Shown piece after piece: positions 30,330 through 40,836 of a stretch of DNA of 64,000 nucleotides (within the stretch, counting starts at the first letter, position 1; the number at the start of each line of letters is the position of its first letter). This DNA is from Deinococcales bacterium (GTDB taxonomy: Bacteria > Deinococcota > Deinococci > Deinococcales > JAAFIG01): NCBI GenBank assembly GCA_043778225.1, contig JAYWGM010000080.1, forward strand, positions 13,910 through 77,909, read 5' to 3'. The notes beneath the pieces were generated by a model that was not told the origin of the DNA, did not search any database, and was given only the letters and a program-made list of their open reading frames with translations. Position numbers and translations under genes: made by a program.

Positions 30330-30521
30330 ATGGCAAAGCATCCAGTTCCAAAAAAGAAAACCAGTAAATCCAAGCGCGATATGCGTCGTTCGCACCATGC
30401 CTTGGTTGCCCCTAACCTGACCACTTGCAAGAATTGTGGTTCTAAAAAGCCGCAACATATTGTTTGTGCCGAATGCGGTTTCTACGATGGTCGTCAAGTC
30501 TTGGCTGTTGCCCAAGCCTAA
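30330..30521 (+). CDS. rpmF: 50S ribosomal protein L32 (zinc-ribbon form)
   Basis: [22 protein letters not shown], CxxC...CxxC. Confidence 0.97.
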   Translation: MAKHPVPKKKTSKSKRDMRRSHHALVAPNLTTCKNCGSKKPQHIVCAECGFYDGRQVLAVAQA

Positions 30522-30532
30522 TTTAGCTCAAG

Positions 30533-30566
30533 AATGCCGAAGGGTTGCGCCCTTCGGCATTTTTTA
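30533..30566 (+). terminator. Rho-independent terminator after rpmF
   Basis: AATGCCGAAGGG-TTGCG-CCCTTCGGCATTTTTT. Confidence 0.9.
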
Positions 30567-30629
30567 TGGCTGGAAATTACGTTAAAAACCGAATAGAATA
30601 ACGATAATGTTATTCTTTAGGACATACCC

Positions 30630-31607
30630 ATGACTCAACCTGCTGGCGCAAATCGCCCCAAACGTCTTGCCGATTATGTCGGTCAGGATAAACTTAAACG
30701 CAAACTCGAGGTTTATATCCAAGCTGCCAAAGGTCGTGGTCAGGCGCTCGATCATGTTTTGGTTTTTGGTCCTCCGGGCTTGGGTAAGACCACCTTGGCA
30801 CACATTATTGCTTACGAAATGGGTGTTGGAATCCGTCCAACCTCGGGTCCAGCAATCGAAAAACCGGGCGACTTGGCAGCCATTTTAACCAACTCACTCG
30901 AGGAAGGTGATGTTTTGTTTATCGATGAAATTCACCGTTTGGGTCGGGTAGCCGAGGAACATTTGTATCCAGCCATGGAAGATTTTCGGCTCGATATTGT
31001 GATTGGGCAAGGACCTGCTGCCCGCAGTATCCAATTGCCGATTCCACGTTTTACCTTGATTGGTGCAACCACCCGTCCGGGCTTAATCACCCAGCCAATG
31101 CGGTCTCGTTTTGGAATCATTGAACACCTCGAGTATTACACCCCCGAAGAATTGGCGCAGAACCTCGAGAAAGAAGCGGTTTTGCAGGGACTCGAGATTA
31201 CCCCCGAAGCAGCGCTCGAAATCGGAGCGCGGTCTCGAGGCACAATGCGAATTGCCAAGAATTTACTGAATCGTATCCGAGATTATGCCCAAGTGGCTGG
31301 CGAGTACCGCATTGATGCGATGCGAACCCAAGCCGCGCTTGACCAACTTGGCTTAGACACAGTAGGTTTAACCGACCGCGATAAAAAACTGCTCGAGACG
31401 ATGATTATGAAATTCGCGGGTGGACCAGTCGGTTTGGACACGCTGGCAACCGCGATTTCTGAGGATGCGCTAACCATCGAAGACTTATACGAGCCATATT
31501 TGATTCAACTTGGTTTTATGAAACGCACTTCACGGGGGCGAATGCTGACTCCACTGGCATACGACCACATGGGTTATGCGATTCCACAAGAGATGCTGCT
31601 CGAGTGA
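30630..31607 (+). CDS. ruvB: Holliday junction branch-migration helicase
   Basis: [31 protein letters not shown]. Confidence 0.98.
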   Translation: MTQPAGANRPKRLADYVGQDKLKRKLEVYIQAAKGRGQALDHVLVFGPPGLGKTTLAHIIAYEMGVGIRPTSGPAIEKPGDLAAILTNSLEEGDVLFIDEIHRLGRVAEEHLYPAMEDFRLDIVIGQGPAARSIQLPIPRFTLIGATTRPGLITQPMRSRFGIIEHLEYYTPEELAQNLEKEAVLQGLEITPEAALEIGARSRGTMRIAKNLLNRIRDYAQVAGEYRIDAMRTQAALDQLGLDTVGLTDRDKKLLETMIMKFAGGPVGLDTLATAISEDALTIEDLYEPYLIQLGFMKRTSRGRMLTPLAYDHMGYAIPQEMLLE

Positions 31608-31815
31608 TTTATCTTTCTTACCTATCCTTTAGTAAGTCATCGTAGCCTAGCCCTTAGTTTTAATTGTATGCTAACCATATGACGATTTCGGTTTCGGGTT
31701 TTGGCTTGTATTCTGTTGTTACGGTTGTGAATAACAACCGACGGGAGTGGCAGGTTCATCGCTGTGTGTGGGAGACACGGGAGGCAGCGATGAACCTCCT
31801 ATTATTGGAGGCGCT

Positions 31816-32457
31816 ATGACTTTGCCGATTCGGGTTTTGGTGGTGGATGACCACCCAATGGTTCGAGCGGGTTTGACCACAATGCTCAAAGCCTCCTCGG
31901 GTATCGAATGCGTTGGCGAGGCAACCAGTGGTCAACACGCGATCGAGCAGACCGCCGCCTTAAAACCACAGGTTATCCTGATGGACTTAAAAATGCCTGG
32001 TATGGATGGCGCAACGGCGGCTGCCGCGATTCGCAGCGCCAACCGTGAAGTGCAAATTATCATGCTGACCGCATTCTACGACCCCGACTTGGTACAAAAT
32101 GCAATGCAGGCTGGTGCAATTGGTTATTTACTGAAAACCTCGGGGGCAAGCGAAATTCTCGAGGCAATTCGCAACGCCATGCAGCGCCGCCGCACCCTTG
32201 CGCCTGAAGCCACCGAAGCCCTGATTCAAGCCGTACAAAACGACGGCATTGGCGAGGACTTAACCACAAGGGAACGCGAAGTTTTAGAACTGATGGCACT
32301 GGGTAAAAGCAACCAAGACATTGCCAATGAAATTAAAGTTGCGCTGCCGACCGTCAAATTCCATGCCAATAATATCTTCTCTAAATTGGGTGCAAAAAGT
32401 CGCGCTGAAGCGATTCACTTAGCCTATAAATTTAGGCTGCTCGAGAAGTTGTCGTAG
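31816..32457 (+). CDS. NarL/LuxR-family response regulator (orphan)
   Basis: VDDHPMVR, MDLKMPGMDG, LTTREREVL; GGAGG RBS. Confidence 0.93.
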   Translation: MTLPIRVLVVDDHPMVRAGLTTMLKASSGIECVGEATSGQHAIEQTAALKPQVILMDLKMPGMDGATAAAAIRSANREVQIIMLTAFYDPDLVQNAMQAGAIGYLLKTSGASEILEAIRNAMQRRRTLAPEATEALIQAVQNDGIGEDLTTREREVLELMALGKSNQDIANEIKVALPTVKFHANNIFSKLGAKSRAEAIHLAYKFRLLEKLS

Positions 32458-32556
32458 CCCTTTGACTTAGTTGGTCTAGGCTTTTTAACCGAAGCGTAGA
32501 CTATTTTTTTGCTTCATAATGAGTCTATACTCGGGGATACCTCGAGCGAGGCTTTT

Positions 32557-35343
32557 ATGACTCCCGCTAAAGAAATTTATAATCAAATCCGCCATGACCC
32601 ACGTTTTGAGCCAAGCGATTTTTTTGTTGGTTACGACTCGAGGTTTGATGGTCTGCGGGAAAGTACACTCGAGGGTTTTGGGCAATCTGAAATTCCTTGG
32701 CATCGGGTGCAGTACATCCGTGACTCGAGTGGAATACGCTGGGACAGACGCACCAAGCTGGACTCGATTAACCATTCTGGCGAACCCAATGCTATTCAAG
32801 GCATACAAGCTGTTGCAGCGCGTACAATCAAGAAGGAAAAAACCATGAAACCAAAAGAATTGTTAGCCCTCGGCATTCCACAAAGCGCTTTGGCTTTGAC
32901 CGCTCAACTTCTCAAAACCCATCCAGAAAAGCAAACCATGCTGACTGAATTGCGGGCTTTGGTGGCAAACCCCGAAGCCTACACTGGGCATTTTTTACCG
33001 TTGGTGGCAGAACTTTCTAAGCCAGTTGGTTTGCTGGCTCGAGACCAACCAGTACCCTACAAAATCTGGGGAACGGGCTTAGATGCTGGCTCACTCGAGC
33101 AAATGAAAAACGCTGCGCGGCTGCCGATTGCGGTGCGTGGGGCTTTAATGCCCGATGCTCACCAAGGCTACGGGCTGCCCATCGGTGGGGTGCTGGCAAC
33201 CTCTGGCGCGATTATTCCATATGCTGTTGGGGTGGATATTGCCTGCCGCATGAAATTGTCTATTTTGGATATTCCAGTTTCCAAAGCGTTTTCGCGCCAT
33301 TTTGAGGCGTTAAAACAAGCCCTTGAATCAGAAACCCGTTTTGGCATGGGGGCAGCTTTTCAGCGTCCACTCGAGCATGAAGTATTGGATGCCGACTGGG
33401 GCACCACTCGAGTCACCAAAGATGTTTTTGCCAAAGCCCGCAACCAACTCGGAACTTCGGGCAGTGGCAACCACTTTGTCGAATTTGGCGTGGTGACGCT
33501 CGCCAAGCCAGACCTTGGACTTGAGGCACAAGAATACCTCGCGCTGTTGTCGCACAGTGGTTCTCGTGGGGCTGGGGCGGCTGTGGCGAATCATTACTCC
33601 AACCTTGCTATGAAATTGCGCCCAGAATTACCAAAAGAACTCAAGCACCTTGCGTGGCTCGAGATGGAGTCTGAGGCTGGCTTAGAATACTGGGCAGCCA
33701 TGAACCTGATGGGCGAATATGCCAGTGCCAACCACGCCATGATTCACAAAAAAATCATCAAAGCCATCGGTGCAAGTGTGCTGTTTAGTCTCGAGAACCA
33801 TCATAATTTTTGTTTGCCAGGAAATTCTGTTATTCCAACGCCCTGTGGTCCAAAGCTCATGGCACAAATCAACATTGGAGATATCGTCTACACACTTTCG
33901 GAAACTGAAGGTCTAATTACAACTCGTGTCACAAATCATTGGCAATCTGGCTCAAAGCCAATTTGTACTATTCGTACCTCTAGCCGACAGCTTAAAGCAT
34001 CACCAGACCATCCAGTTTTAATAGTAATGATTCATGACGAAGTTCATCCAACTCGTTCTTGGAATAAAAAGCATCGGGGCGAACTTGTATGGAAAATGGC
34101 TGGTGAGCTTCAAGTAGGTGATGTTATTGTCTGCGCTGAACATTATTATGCAAACAATAAGTCTATAGGACTAGGACGCGCTCGTGTGATTGGAGCAATG
34201 CTTGGGGATGGCTGGGTAAGACATGAACCTACTTTACAAGGGTACACCGTTGGGTTAGCTATTGGTGATAAAAGCCACCAACATACTCACCGATATAAAC
34301 AATTACTCGAGTCAGAGTTACCATGGGCAAATTGGAGAATAAGCTCTAAAGGTGCTTTTGGTTTAACGTGTTCGTCAGTAAAAGTTTGGGGTACTCTGAA
34401 AGAATGGGGATTGCATGACTATAGCCTTAAAAAACGAATTCCGAAATATGTGTTTTCATTGCCTATTGTGGAGAAATTAGAAGTGTTGGCTGGCTATGTC
34501 GATAGTGACGGGAGTATTTCCAAAAATCCTAAAAGTCATGGGCGTATTACGTTGGCTACAACAAATCTTGACCTTCTTATAGATATGCGAGAATTAGCTA
34601 TTGGGTGCGGTTTCCAGATTACACCAATTATTTCGAGTCATATACGGAGCAATTTTGGGAATACTACTGTACATCGTTGTCGGATTGCCGCAGACAGTGC
34701 GGCACTACTTGACATATGGCACGATGAAAAGTCCAAAAACCAATATAAAAGCCAACGGCAACGTTCAAAAGGCTTACAGCCCAGCAAAATAGGGTATTTA
34801 CCTCTGCCCTCCAATTTCTTTGCCCAGCGGATTCTTAAAGTTTCTACAAGTATCCTAGAAGAGCCAGTCTATGACCTTACTGTTGAACACAATAGTCATA
34901 GTTTCATATCCGACGGTATTGTAGTTCATAATTGCTGGCTCGAGACACACACCATAGATGGCAGCCCTCGAGAAGTCTATGTTCATCGAAAAGGCGCAAC
35001 GCCTGCCGGGGCGGGTGTCCTTGGCATGATTCCCGGCAGCATGGCAACCCCTGGTTTTGTGGTGCGCGGACTTGGCAACCCCGATAGCCTGCACAGCGCC
35101 AGTCATGGGGCTGGTCGAGCCATGAGCCGCACCAAAGCCAAAGAGCAATTTAATTGGAAGATGATTCGCCCACAACTCGAGGCGGCTGGCGTAACGGTGC
35201 TGAGTGCTGGCATAGATGAGAATCCATTGGCGTATAAAAACATCGAAAGCGTGATGAGCGCCCAAACCGATTTGGTCAAAGTGATTGCCCGATTTGACCC
35301 GCGCATTGTCAAAATGGCAGACGACGGCACAAGCGAAGATTAG
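32557..35343 (+). CDS. rtcB: RNA ligase RtcB with an N-terminal MJ1316 (DUF504)-like domain and an intein
   Basis: MPDAHQGYGLPIG, VGVDIAC, GSGNHFVE, HSGSRG, HRKGAT, SHGAGR; N-terminal IRHDPRF...VGY...IPWHRV...WDR. Confidence 0.92.
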   Translation: MTPAKEIYNQIRHDPRFEPSDFFVGYDSRFDGLRESTLEGFGQSEIPWHRVQYIRDSSGIRWDRRTKLDSINHSGEPNAIQGIQAVAARTIKKEKTMKPKELLALGIPQSALALTAQLLKTHPEKQTMLTELRALVANPEAYTGHFLPLVAELSKPVGLLARDQPVPYKIWGTGLDAGSLEQMKNAARLPIAVRGALMPDAHQGYGLPIGGVLATSGAIIPYAVGVDIACRMKLSILDIPVSKAFSRHFEALKQALESETRFGMGAAFQRPLEHEVLDADWGTTRVTKDVFAKARNQLGTSGSGNHFVEFGVVTLAKPDLGLEAQEYLALLSHSGSRGAGAAVANHYSNLAMKLRPELPKELKHLAWLEMESEAGLEYWAAMNLMGEYASANHAMIHKKIIKAIGASVLFSLENHHNFCLPGNSVIPTPCGPKLMAQINIGDIVYTLSETEGLITTRVTNHWQSGSKPICTIRTSSRQLKASPDHPVLIVMIHDEVHPTRSWNKKHRGELVWKMAGELQVGDVIVCAEHYYANNKSIGLGRARVIGAMLGDGWVRHEPTLQGYTVGLAIGDKSHQHTHRYKQLLESELPWANWRISSKGAFGLTCSSVKVWGTLKEWGLHDYSLKKRIPKYVFSLPIVEKLEVLAGYVDSDGSISKNPKSHGRITLATTNLDLLIDMRELAIGCGFQITPIISSHIRSNFGNTTVHRCRIAADSAALLDIWHDEKSKNQYKSQRQRSKGLQPSKIGYLPLPSNFFAQRILKVSTSILEEPVYDLTVEHNSHSFISDGIVVHNCWLETHTIDGSPREVYVHRKGATPAGAGVLGMIPGSMATPGFVVRGLGNPDSLHSASHGAGRAMSRTKAKEQFNWKMIRPQLEAAGVTVLSAGIDENPLAYKNIESVMSAQTDLVKVIARFDPRIVKMADDGTSED
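33811..34932 (+). mobile_element. 374-aa intein with LAGLIDADG homing endonuclease
   Basis: Starts CLPGNS, contains ASPDHP, GAMLGDG and LAGYVDSDG, ends VYDLTV...VVHN with +1 Cys; AT-richer than the exteins. Confidence 0.95.
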
Positions 35344-35385
35344 CGGGTCATCCTTTTGTCACTTTTTTGCTTTAGGTTGTGACCA

Positions 35386-36861
35386 ATGAGACTTTTGCTT
35401 GCCATTCTTTTTTGTTGTACCAGTGCTTTGGCAGAATCTTCAATCGCCTACAAAGCCCAGCACGGTTGGGGCTTGCCGCGTCAACTTGCTACGCCAAGCA
35501 TCACCCAAGGCGTGGTGATTGACTCGAGTACCGTGATTATTGCCGAAATGGCTGGACTCGAGACCCGAGATTTGAATGGGCAAAACCCAAAATTATTGCT
35601 CGAGCAATCTGGAATTCGTGGTTTAGTTGGCGTAGGAACTGGTAAAAATCTGGCGCTGGCGTGGTATCGGCGCGATGTGACCAACCCTAATGGTGTCTGG
35701 TGGTGGCATAAAGGCAAAGCCCAACTGGCATTTGAAACGCCATACACCGATTTTGCCTTGCTCGAGTACCAAAACCAACCAATGCTGGTGGCGGTGCAGC
35801 AACAAGGTGCAAGTACCGTCGTGGTGGTGCAGCGCTGGGGCAGTACGCCAAAAACCATTTTTCAGACCAACTTAAATATCGGTGCATTGGCAGCCAATGC
35901 GGTCGGCAACCAGTTGGGGATTGTCTTTGCCGAAGGCTACCGCAATCCGCAAGACGAAAAATACGATTTGCGTTTTTTGCAACTTTTTAATCTCGAGCTA
36001 AAGCAATCCGAGCTTCTTGCGCCAGCCGTTTATCTCGGGCGAGACCAACGTTTTGGGGTGGCAATCAAAGCCGATTCGCTTGTGCCAATTTGGTGGTACG
36101 AAACCAAAAAAGAACAGAGCCTTGCGGCTTTTACCAAACAACACAATCCACGGCTGGCGCTTTATGACCAAGGTCAAATCATCGAATTTGCTGTACCAGC
36201 ACCCTACCTTGGACAGATTGGCAATGCGTTGTATTACCACTTCAAAAACCAGATTCTAAGTTACAACCTCGAGTCCAAAATCACCCAAGTCGAAATCACC
36301 ACACCAGAAAGTTTGGCTTTTGCCAGCCTCTCGAGTCAGCGCCTTGTGGCGTGGCAAAGTTTAGGAAGCGATGGTTTTAGCAGCCAACTCTGGCTGGCAG
36401 ACTCGAGTCTGCCGTTTGTTCCGACGCTAATTGACCAAGTCTCGAGAACCTTGGGTTGGAATCCGTGGTTTCCAGTCCAGAATTTTTTTGGTCAGACAGC
36501 GCTGTCCTTAATGCTGGCAGCCTTGGCAGTGATTATTGTTGCCCCAGTTGTTTGGTTGTTGCGTGGGCGCTTTGAATTTGGACAAGGTATTTGGTTTGGT
36601 ATTGGTTTTGCTTGGATTGTGCTGTTGCTTTTACGCATTTTTGGTGGTTCGGTGGTTGCCCCCGATTGGATTTTTACACCGCTTTTAACCGCGCCGTGGT
36701 TGGTGGTTTTTGGCGGTTTGATTCTTGGTAGCCTGCTTGTATTTTTGCAACGCCAACGGCTCAATGGTATTGAACTGGGCGCAACCATTGCCGCCAGTTT
36801 GGTGGTTTTGGTCAGTACCTTTGTTACGGTTTTCTCGAGGGTCGGATTTTTACAATTTTAA
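35386..36861 (+). CDS. Hypothetical membrane protein (extracytoplasmic domain plus C-terminal TMs)
   Basis: Signal peptide ALA; about four C-terminal hydrophobic helices. Confidence 0.8.
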   Translation: MRLLLAILFCCTSALAESSIAYKAQHGWGLPRQLATPSITQGVVIDSSTVIIAEMAGLETRDLNGQNPKLLLEQSGIRGLVGVGTGKNLALAWYRRDVTNPNGVWWWHKGKAQLAFETPYTDFALLEYQNQPMLVAVQQQGASTVVVVQRWGSTPKTIFQTNLNIGALAANAVGNQLGIVFAEGYRNPQDEKYDLRFLQLFNLELKQSELLAPAVYLGRDQRFGVAIKADSLVPIWWYETKKEQSLAAFTKQHNPRLALYDQGQIIEFAVPAPYLGQIGNALYYHFKNQILSYNLESKITQVEITTPESLAFASLSSQRLVAWQSLGSDGFSSQLWLADSSLPFVPTLIDQVSRTLGWNPWFPVQNFFGQTALSLMLAALAVIIVAPVVWLLRGRFEFGQGIWFGIGFAWIVLLLLRIFGGSVVAPDWIFTPLLTAPWLVVFGGLILGSLLVFLQRQRLNGIELGATIAASLVVLVSTFVTVFSRVGFLQF

Positions 36862-36895
36862 GATAGAATGTAGCTGAACACATCTCGGAGGTCGA

Positions 36896-37879
36896 ATGCT
36901 TTTATTTATTGCTAAGCGCTTACTGAACATTCCAATTATGTTTGTGCTGTCTACTTTATTGGCTTTTATGATTATCCAAGCTGGACCGGGCAACCCTGCC
37001 GAATTACAGGCGTTTGGCAATGACCGTTATGGGCAGCGCGAAGTGCAACGTTTTATTGCCGAATTTGGCTTGGATAAACCTGTACCAGTCCAATACTTCG
37101 AGTGGCTGGGTCGGGCAGCCACAGGCAACCTTGGGCGCAGCCTCGAGACAAAACGTGAAGTCCGAGAGACCATGAGCCAGCCCGTGCTAAATTCAGTCAT
37201 TCTGGCGACCTCGAGTTTACTGTTGGTCTTTTTAATTGCTACCTTTGTTGGGGTCTACAGTGCAGTTTTTGAAAATAGCTTATTTGACCGAATTATCAGC
37301 ATCGCTTCGTATATTTTTTTAGGCTTACCAAGTTTTTTTCTGGCAATTTTGTTTGTGCTAACAATCCTCGAGCTAGGCTGGCGCGGTTTTAGGATTTTAC
37401 CGATAGGTGGGATGACTTCAGATAATTTTGATAGCCTTACACCTGTCGCCCAATTTTTTGATATTGCATGGCACATGATTGCGCCAATGCTTTGCATTGC
37501 GCTATCGCAAGTGGCACTCTACGCGAGGTTGCTGCGTTCGCAGATGATTGAATTTCTTGCCGATGATTTTGTCCGCACCGCTAAAGCCAAAGGTTTATCT
37601 TCTCGAGCCGTCTATTTTAAGCACGCTTTACGCAATGCACTGATTCCGTTTGTGGCTGGTATTGGTGGTTTACTTCCTGCTTTGATTGGCGGGGCGGGGC
37701 TGGTCGAAGTGGTTTTTAATTACCCCGGTATCACCAATGTGATGCTGAGTGCGCTACAAGTCAAGGATTTTTTCTTATTTACAGGGTTGGTCAGCGTCAG
37801 CATTCTGATTTTAATTGTTGGCAATGTGATTGCCGATGTGCTGCTGGCAACCGTAGACCCGCGAATTCGCTATCAATAA
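36896..37879 (+). CDS. Peptide ABC transporter permease (OppB/DppB-like)
   Basis: GLDKP, DFVRTAKAKGL...HALRNAL, DPRIR. Confidence 0.93.
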   Translation: MLLFIAKRLLNIPIMFVLSTLLAFMIIQAGPGNPAELQAFGNDRYGQREVQRFIAEFGLDKPVPVQYFEWLGRAATGNLGRSLETKREVRETMSQPVLNSVILATSSLLLVFLIATFVGVYSAVFENSLFDRIISIASYIFLGLPSFFLAILFVLTILELGWRGFRILPIGGMTSDNFDSLTPVAQFFDIAWHMIAPMLCIALSQVALYARLLRSQMIEFLADDFVRTAKAKGLSSRAVYFKHALRNALIPFVAGIGGLLPALIGGAGLVEVVFNYPGITNVMLSALQVKDFFLFTGLVSVSILILIVGNVIADVLLATVDPRIRYQ

Positions 37880-37891
37880 AGGAGATGTCCG

Positions 37892-39013
37892 ATGACAGGA
37901 GTCTTGGTTCTTACGCCTAAAACCCAATCAAAAAGTCAATGGCGGGTTATTTGGGAACAATTCAAGAAACAACCACAAGCCATTTTTGCGCTGTATATCC
38001 TGCTGGCGATGTATCTTGCTGCAATCTTTGCACCGATGCTGACTCCCTATGACCGCCAAGAAGCCTTTGTTCTTGAAGGTGTCCGTTACCAACCACCAAC
38101 CAAGGTGCAAATTTGGGAAAATGGCAGTTTACAAACTCCTTTTGTCTATGCAACCATCCGTAAAGTCAATCTAGAAACTTTTGAGACACAATTTCTCGAG
38201 GACACCACCCAGAAGTATCCGATTCAATTTTTTGCCCAGCGCGGCGAGCCTTACCGACTTTTTTGGTTGCTCGAGACTCGCCTGCGATTGGTCAGTGTAG
38301 AAGCGCCTGCACGGCTTTTTTTGATGGGTTCAGATGGCTCTGGGCGCGATATTTTCTCGAGAATCGTGCTGGGCGCACAAATCAGTTTGGTTATAGGGTT
38401 TATCGCGGTTGGCATCAGTTTTTTAATTGGTGCGGTACTTGGTGGTTTGGCTGGGTATTATGGTGGAATTCTGGATGCGCTGCTGATGCGTTTTGCCGAG
38501 GTGATTCAAGCCATTCCACCGTTTTTTCTGCTGATTGCGCTGTCGGCTCTAATCCCGTCTTTATTGCCACCAGAGCAGTATTTTTTTGGTGTCATTGTCA
38601 TGCTCGGTTTGACCAGTTGGATGGATTTAGCCAAAGCCATTCGTGGGCAAGTGCTTTCCATCCGAGAACAAGAATTTATCATGTCCGCCAAGGCGCTTGG
38701 CATTCCCGAAGGTCGAATTATTCTGCGTCATATTTTGCCCAATACTGCCAGTTATCTTGTGGTGCTGGGTTCTATCACCATTCCGGGGGCAATTCTTGCC
38801 GAGAGTGGTTTATCTTTTATTGGGCGTGGAGTACGCGAACCCGCCGTTTCGTGGGGTTTAATGCTGGCAGATATTACCCAAAATGGTGTCTCGGGGCTGA
38901 ATTTGCATCCGTGGGCATTAGCCCCCGGTTGGTACATATTGGTCACTATTGTGGCTTGGAATGTGCTGGGAGACGGCTTACGGGCTGCGTTTGATCCAAA
39001 GAAACGACGCTGA
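37892..39013 (+). CDS. Peptide ABC transporter permease (OppC/DppC-like)
   Basis: GSDGSGRDIFSRI, EFIMSAKALG...RHILPN, GDGLRAAFDP. Confidence 0.93.
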   Translation: MTGVLVLTPKTQSKSQWRVIWEQFKKQPQAIFALYILLAMYLAAIFAPMLTPYDRQEAFVLEGVRYQPPTKVQIWENGSLQTPFVYATIRKVNLETFETQFLEDTTQKYPIQFFAQRGEPYRLFWLLETRLRLVSVEAPARLFLMGSDGSGRDIFSRIVLGAQISLVIGFIAVGISFLIGAVLGGLAGYYGGILDALLMRFAEVIQAIPPFFLLIALSALIPSLLPPEQYFFGVIVMLGLTSWMDLAKAIRGQVLSIREQEFIMSAKALGIPEGRIILRHILPNTASYLVVLGSITIPGAILAESGLSFIGRGVREPAVSWGLMLADITQNGVSGLNLHPWALAPGWYILVTIVAWNVLGDGLRAAFDPKKRR

Positions 39014-39039
39014 CAGAATTCTCGAGCTTGGAGGTTGGT

Positions 39040-39573
39040 ATGAAAAAATGGTTCTTGGTATTGGGTGCGGGTCTGATGGTTTCGGTGGCATTGGCAAGTG
39101 AGGTTACTTTTATGTTTAAGAGTAATAAGCGCGTTGTAGATTCAATCACAAAAAACAATAAAGTGCTGGTTGAGGTTGGGGAATTATCTTTTGCCCTAGG
39201 TGTTCAGCACAATACCAGTGGTGATAACACCACTTTTTATCTTGGACGCAAAGCCAAAACCACTGTGCCAAGTGTCCAAAGTGGCGAGCGTAATTGGGAA
39301 TATGTTGACCCATATATGGTGGCAAAAAATCTTAATTACAGTATCAAGCTCGAGAAAATTACCGATGCAAAGACCAAAGTTCAATCCGAAGTTTTGGTTG
39401 TGAATTACACCCAAAAAATCACGTGTGATGATTTTATTTTTTGGCAAGATGCACAGAAATTTTTTAACGCCAGCAGCAACTTAATTGCTACCGATTTTGA
39501 ACAGCGCGACCCGTATAACATTGATAAAAGCAAAGATGGTTTGGCTTGTGAATTTTTGCCACGTGCGAAGTAG
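39040..39573 (+). CDS. Secreted protein with C-terminal Excalibur-like Ca-binding motif
   Basis: Signal peptide; CDDF..QDAQKFF...[15 protein letters not shown]. Confidence 0.7.
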   Translation: MKKWFLVLGAGLMVSVALASEVTFMFKSNKRVVDSITKNNKVLVEVGELSFALGVQHNTSGDNTTFYLGRKAKTTVPSVQSGERNWEYVDPYMVAKNLNYSIKLEKITDAKTKVQSEVLVVNYTQKITCDDFIFWQDAQKFFNASSNLIATDFEQRDPYNIDKSKDGLACEFLPRAK

Positions 39574-39599
39574 TTAGATTTGACGGTAAACTACCTGCC

Positions 39600-40742
39600 A
39601 TGTCTCTTCCTCGTGGCTTTCGGGCTGGTGCAACCAAAGCTGGTATCAAACCCTCCGGCAAAACCGATTTGGCACTATTGGTCAGCGCTGCCCCATGTAC
39701 TTGGGCATATGCTGGCACAACCAACCGTGCGGCTGCGCCGTGTGTGACTCGCAACCGTGCTTTGCTCGAGTCGGCAGCCCCAGTTCAAGCGATTGTGGTC
39801 AATGCAGGCAACGCCAACTGTGCCACTGGTCTTGTGGGTCTCGAGACCAATATCCGCATGGCAGAAATTACCGCCCAGTTGCTCGAGTTGCCAAGCTCGA
39901 GTGTGATTACTGCCAGTACCGGTGTGATTGGTGTACCGCTGCCAGTCGAAAAAATTGAACTGGGCTTACCTAAAATTACTTTAGCCACAGACCTCGAGCC
40001 GTTTGCAGTTGGCATCATGACCACCGACCTTGTGTCAAAAACCGCGACGGTTAAACTCTCGAGTGGCGCAATCATCACGGGGGTCTGCAAAGGCAGCGGC
40101 ATGATTGCCCCCAATATGGCAACCATGCTGGCGTATATCATCACCGATGCCGAGGTCGCCCAAACCGAACTGCGAACCCATTTTCAGGCAATTGTCGAAC
40201 GCAGCTTTAACCAAGTGACCGTAGACACCGATACCAGCACCAACGACATGGCAGTTTTACTCTGCAACGGCATGGCTGGCAGTGTAGACCAAACCGAATT
40301 TTGGCAGGGTGTCGAAACCGTGGCGGTCTCTTTGGCTAAGCAATTGGCAAAAGATGGTGAAGGCGCAACCAAACTCTTGACCGTAGAGGTACGTGGCGCT
40401 CGTTCTGACCTCGAAGCTCGAGAAGCTGCCCTGAGTGTGGCTGCCAGTCCACTCTGGAAAAGTGCGGTCTATGGTAACGATCCAAATTGGGGTCGCATCA
40501 TGATGGCGATTGGCAAGTCCAAGGCTTTTTTTGTGACCCAAACTGTGCAGATTATGCTCCAAGGTACGATCTTGTTTGATGGTGCAGTTCTCGAGTTTGA
40601 CCGTTCGCTGGTCAGCCAAGCGATGAAAGCCCAAGAAGTCCAAGTCCAGATTGATTTGCGCCAAGCGGATGGTCGTGGTTTAGCATGGGGCTGTGACTTG
40701 ACCGAAGAGTACGTCAAAATCAATGCTGAGTACACCACCTAA
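39600..40742 (+). CDS. argJ: Bifunctional ornithine acetyltransferase / N-acetylglutamate synthase
   Basis: [40 protein letters not shown]. Confidence 0.97.
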   Translation: MSLPRGFRAGATKAGIKPSGKTDLALLVSAAPCTWAYAGTTNRAAAPCVTRNRALLESAAPVQAIVVNAGNANCATGLVGLETNIRMAEITAQLLELPSSSVITASTGVIGVPLPVEKIELGLPKITLATDLEPFAVGIMTTDLVSKTATVKLSSGAIITGVCKGSGMIAPNMATMLAYIITDAEVAQTELRTHFQAIVERSFNQVTVDTDTSTNDMAVLLCNGMAGSVDQTEFWQGVETVAVSLAKQLAKDGEGATKLLTVEVRGARSDLEAREAALSVAASPLWKSAVYGNDPNWGRIMMAIGKSKAFFVTQTVQIMLQGTILFDGAVLEFDRSLVSQAMKAQEVQVQIDLRQADGRGLAWGCDLTEEYVKINAEYTT

Positions 40743-40836
40743 ACTCCTCTAGGGTAAGACATAAAGACTAAACCAAAACTTGTTTTGCCCATTTGACACA
40801 GCATTTTTATGTTTTCTCGAGTAACATAAAAAGCGT

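Noticed and set aside
30630..31607. ruvB without adjacent ruvA
   Set aside because: Unlinked ruv genes are common, so this is not informative
38263..38994. 243-aa alternative-frame ORF within the OppC-like gene (and similar shadow ORFs elsewhere)
   Set aside because: Overlaps a well-supported gene, has Cys/Trp-rich non-protein-like composition and lacks motifs
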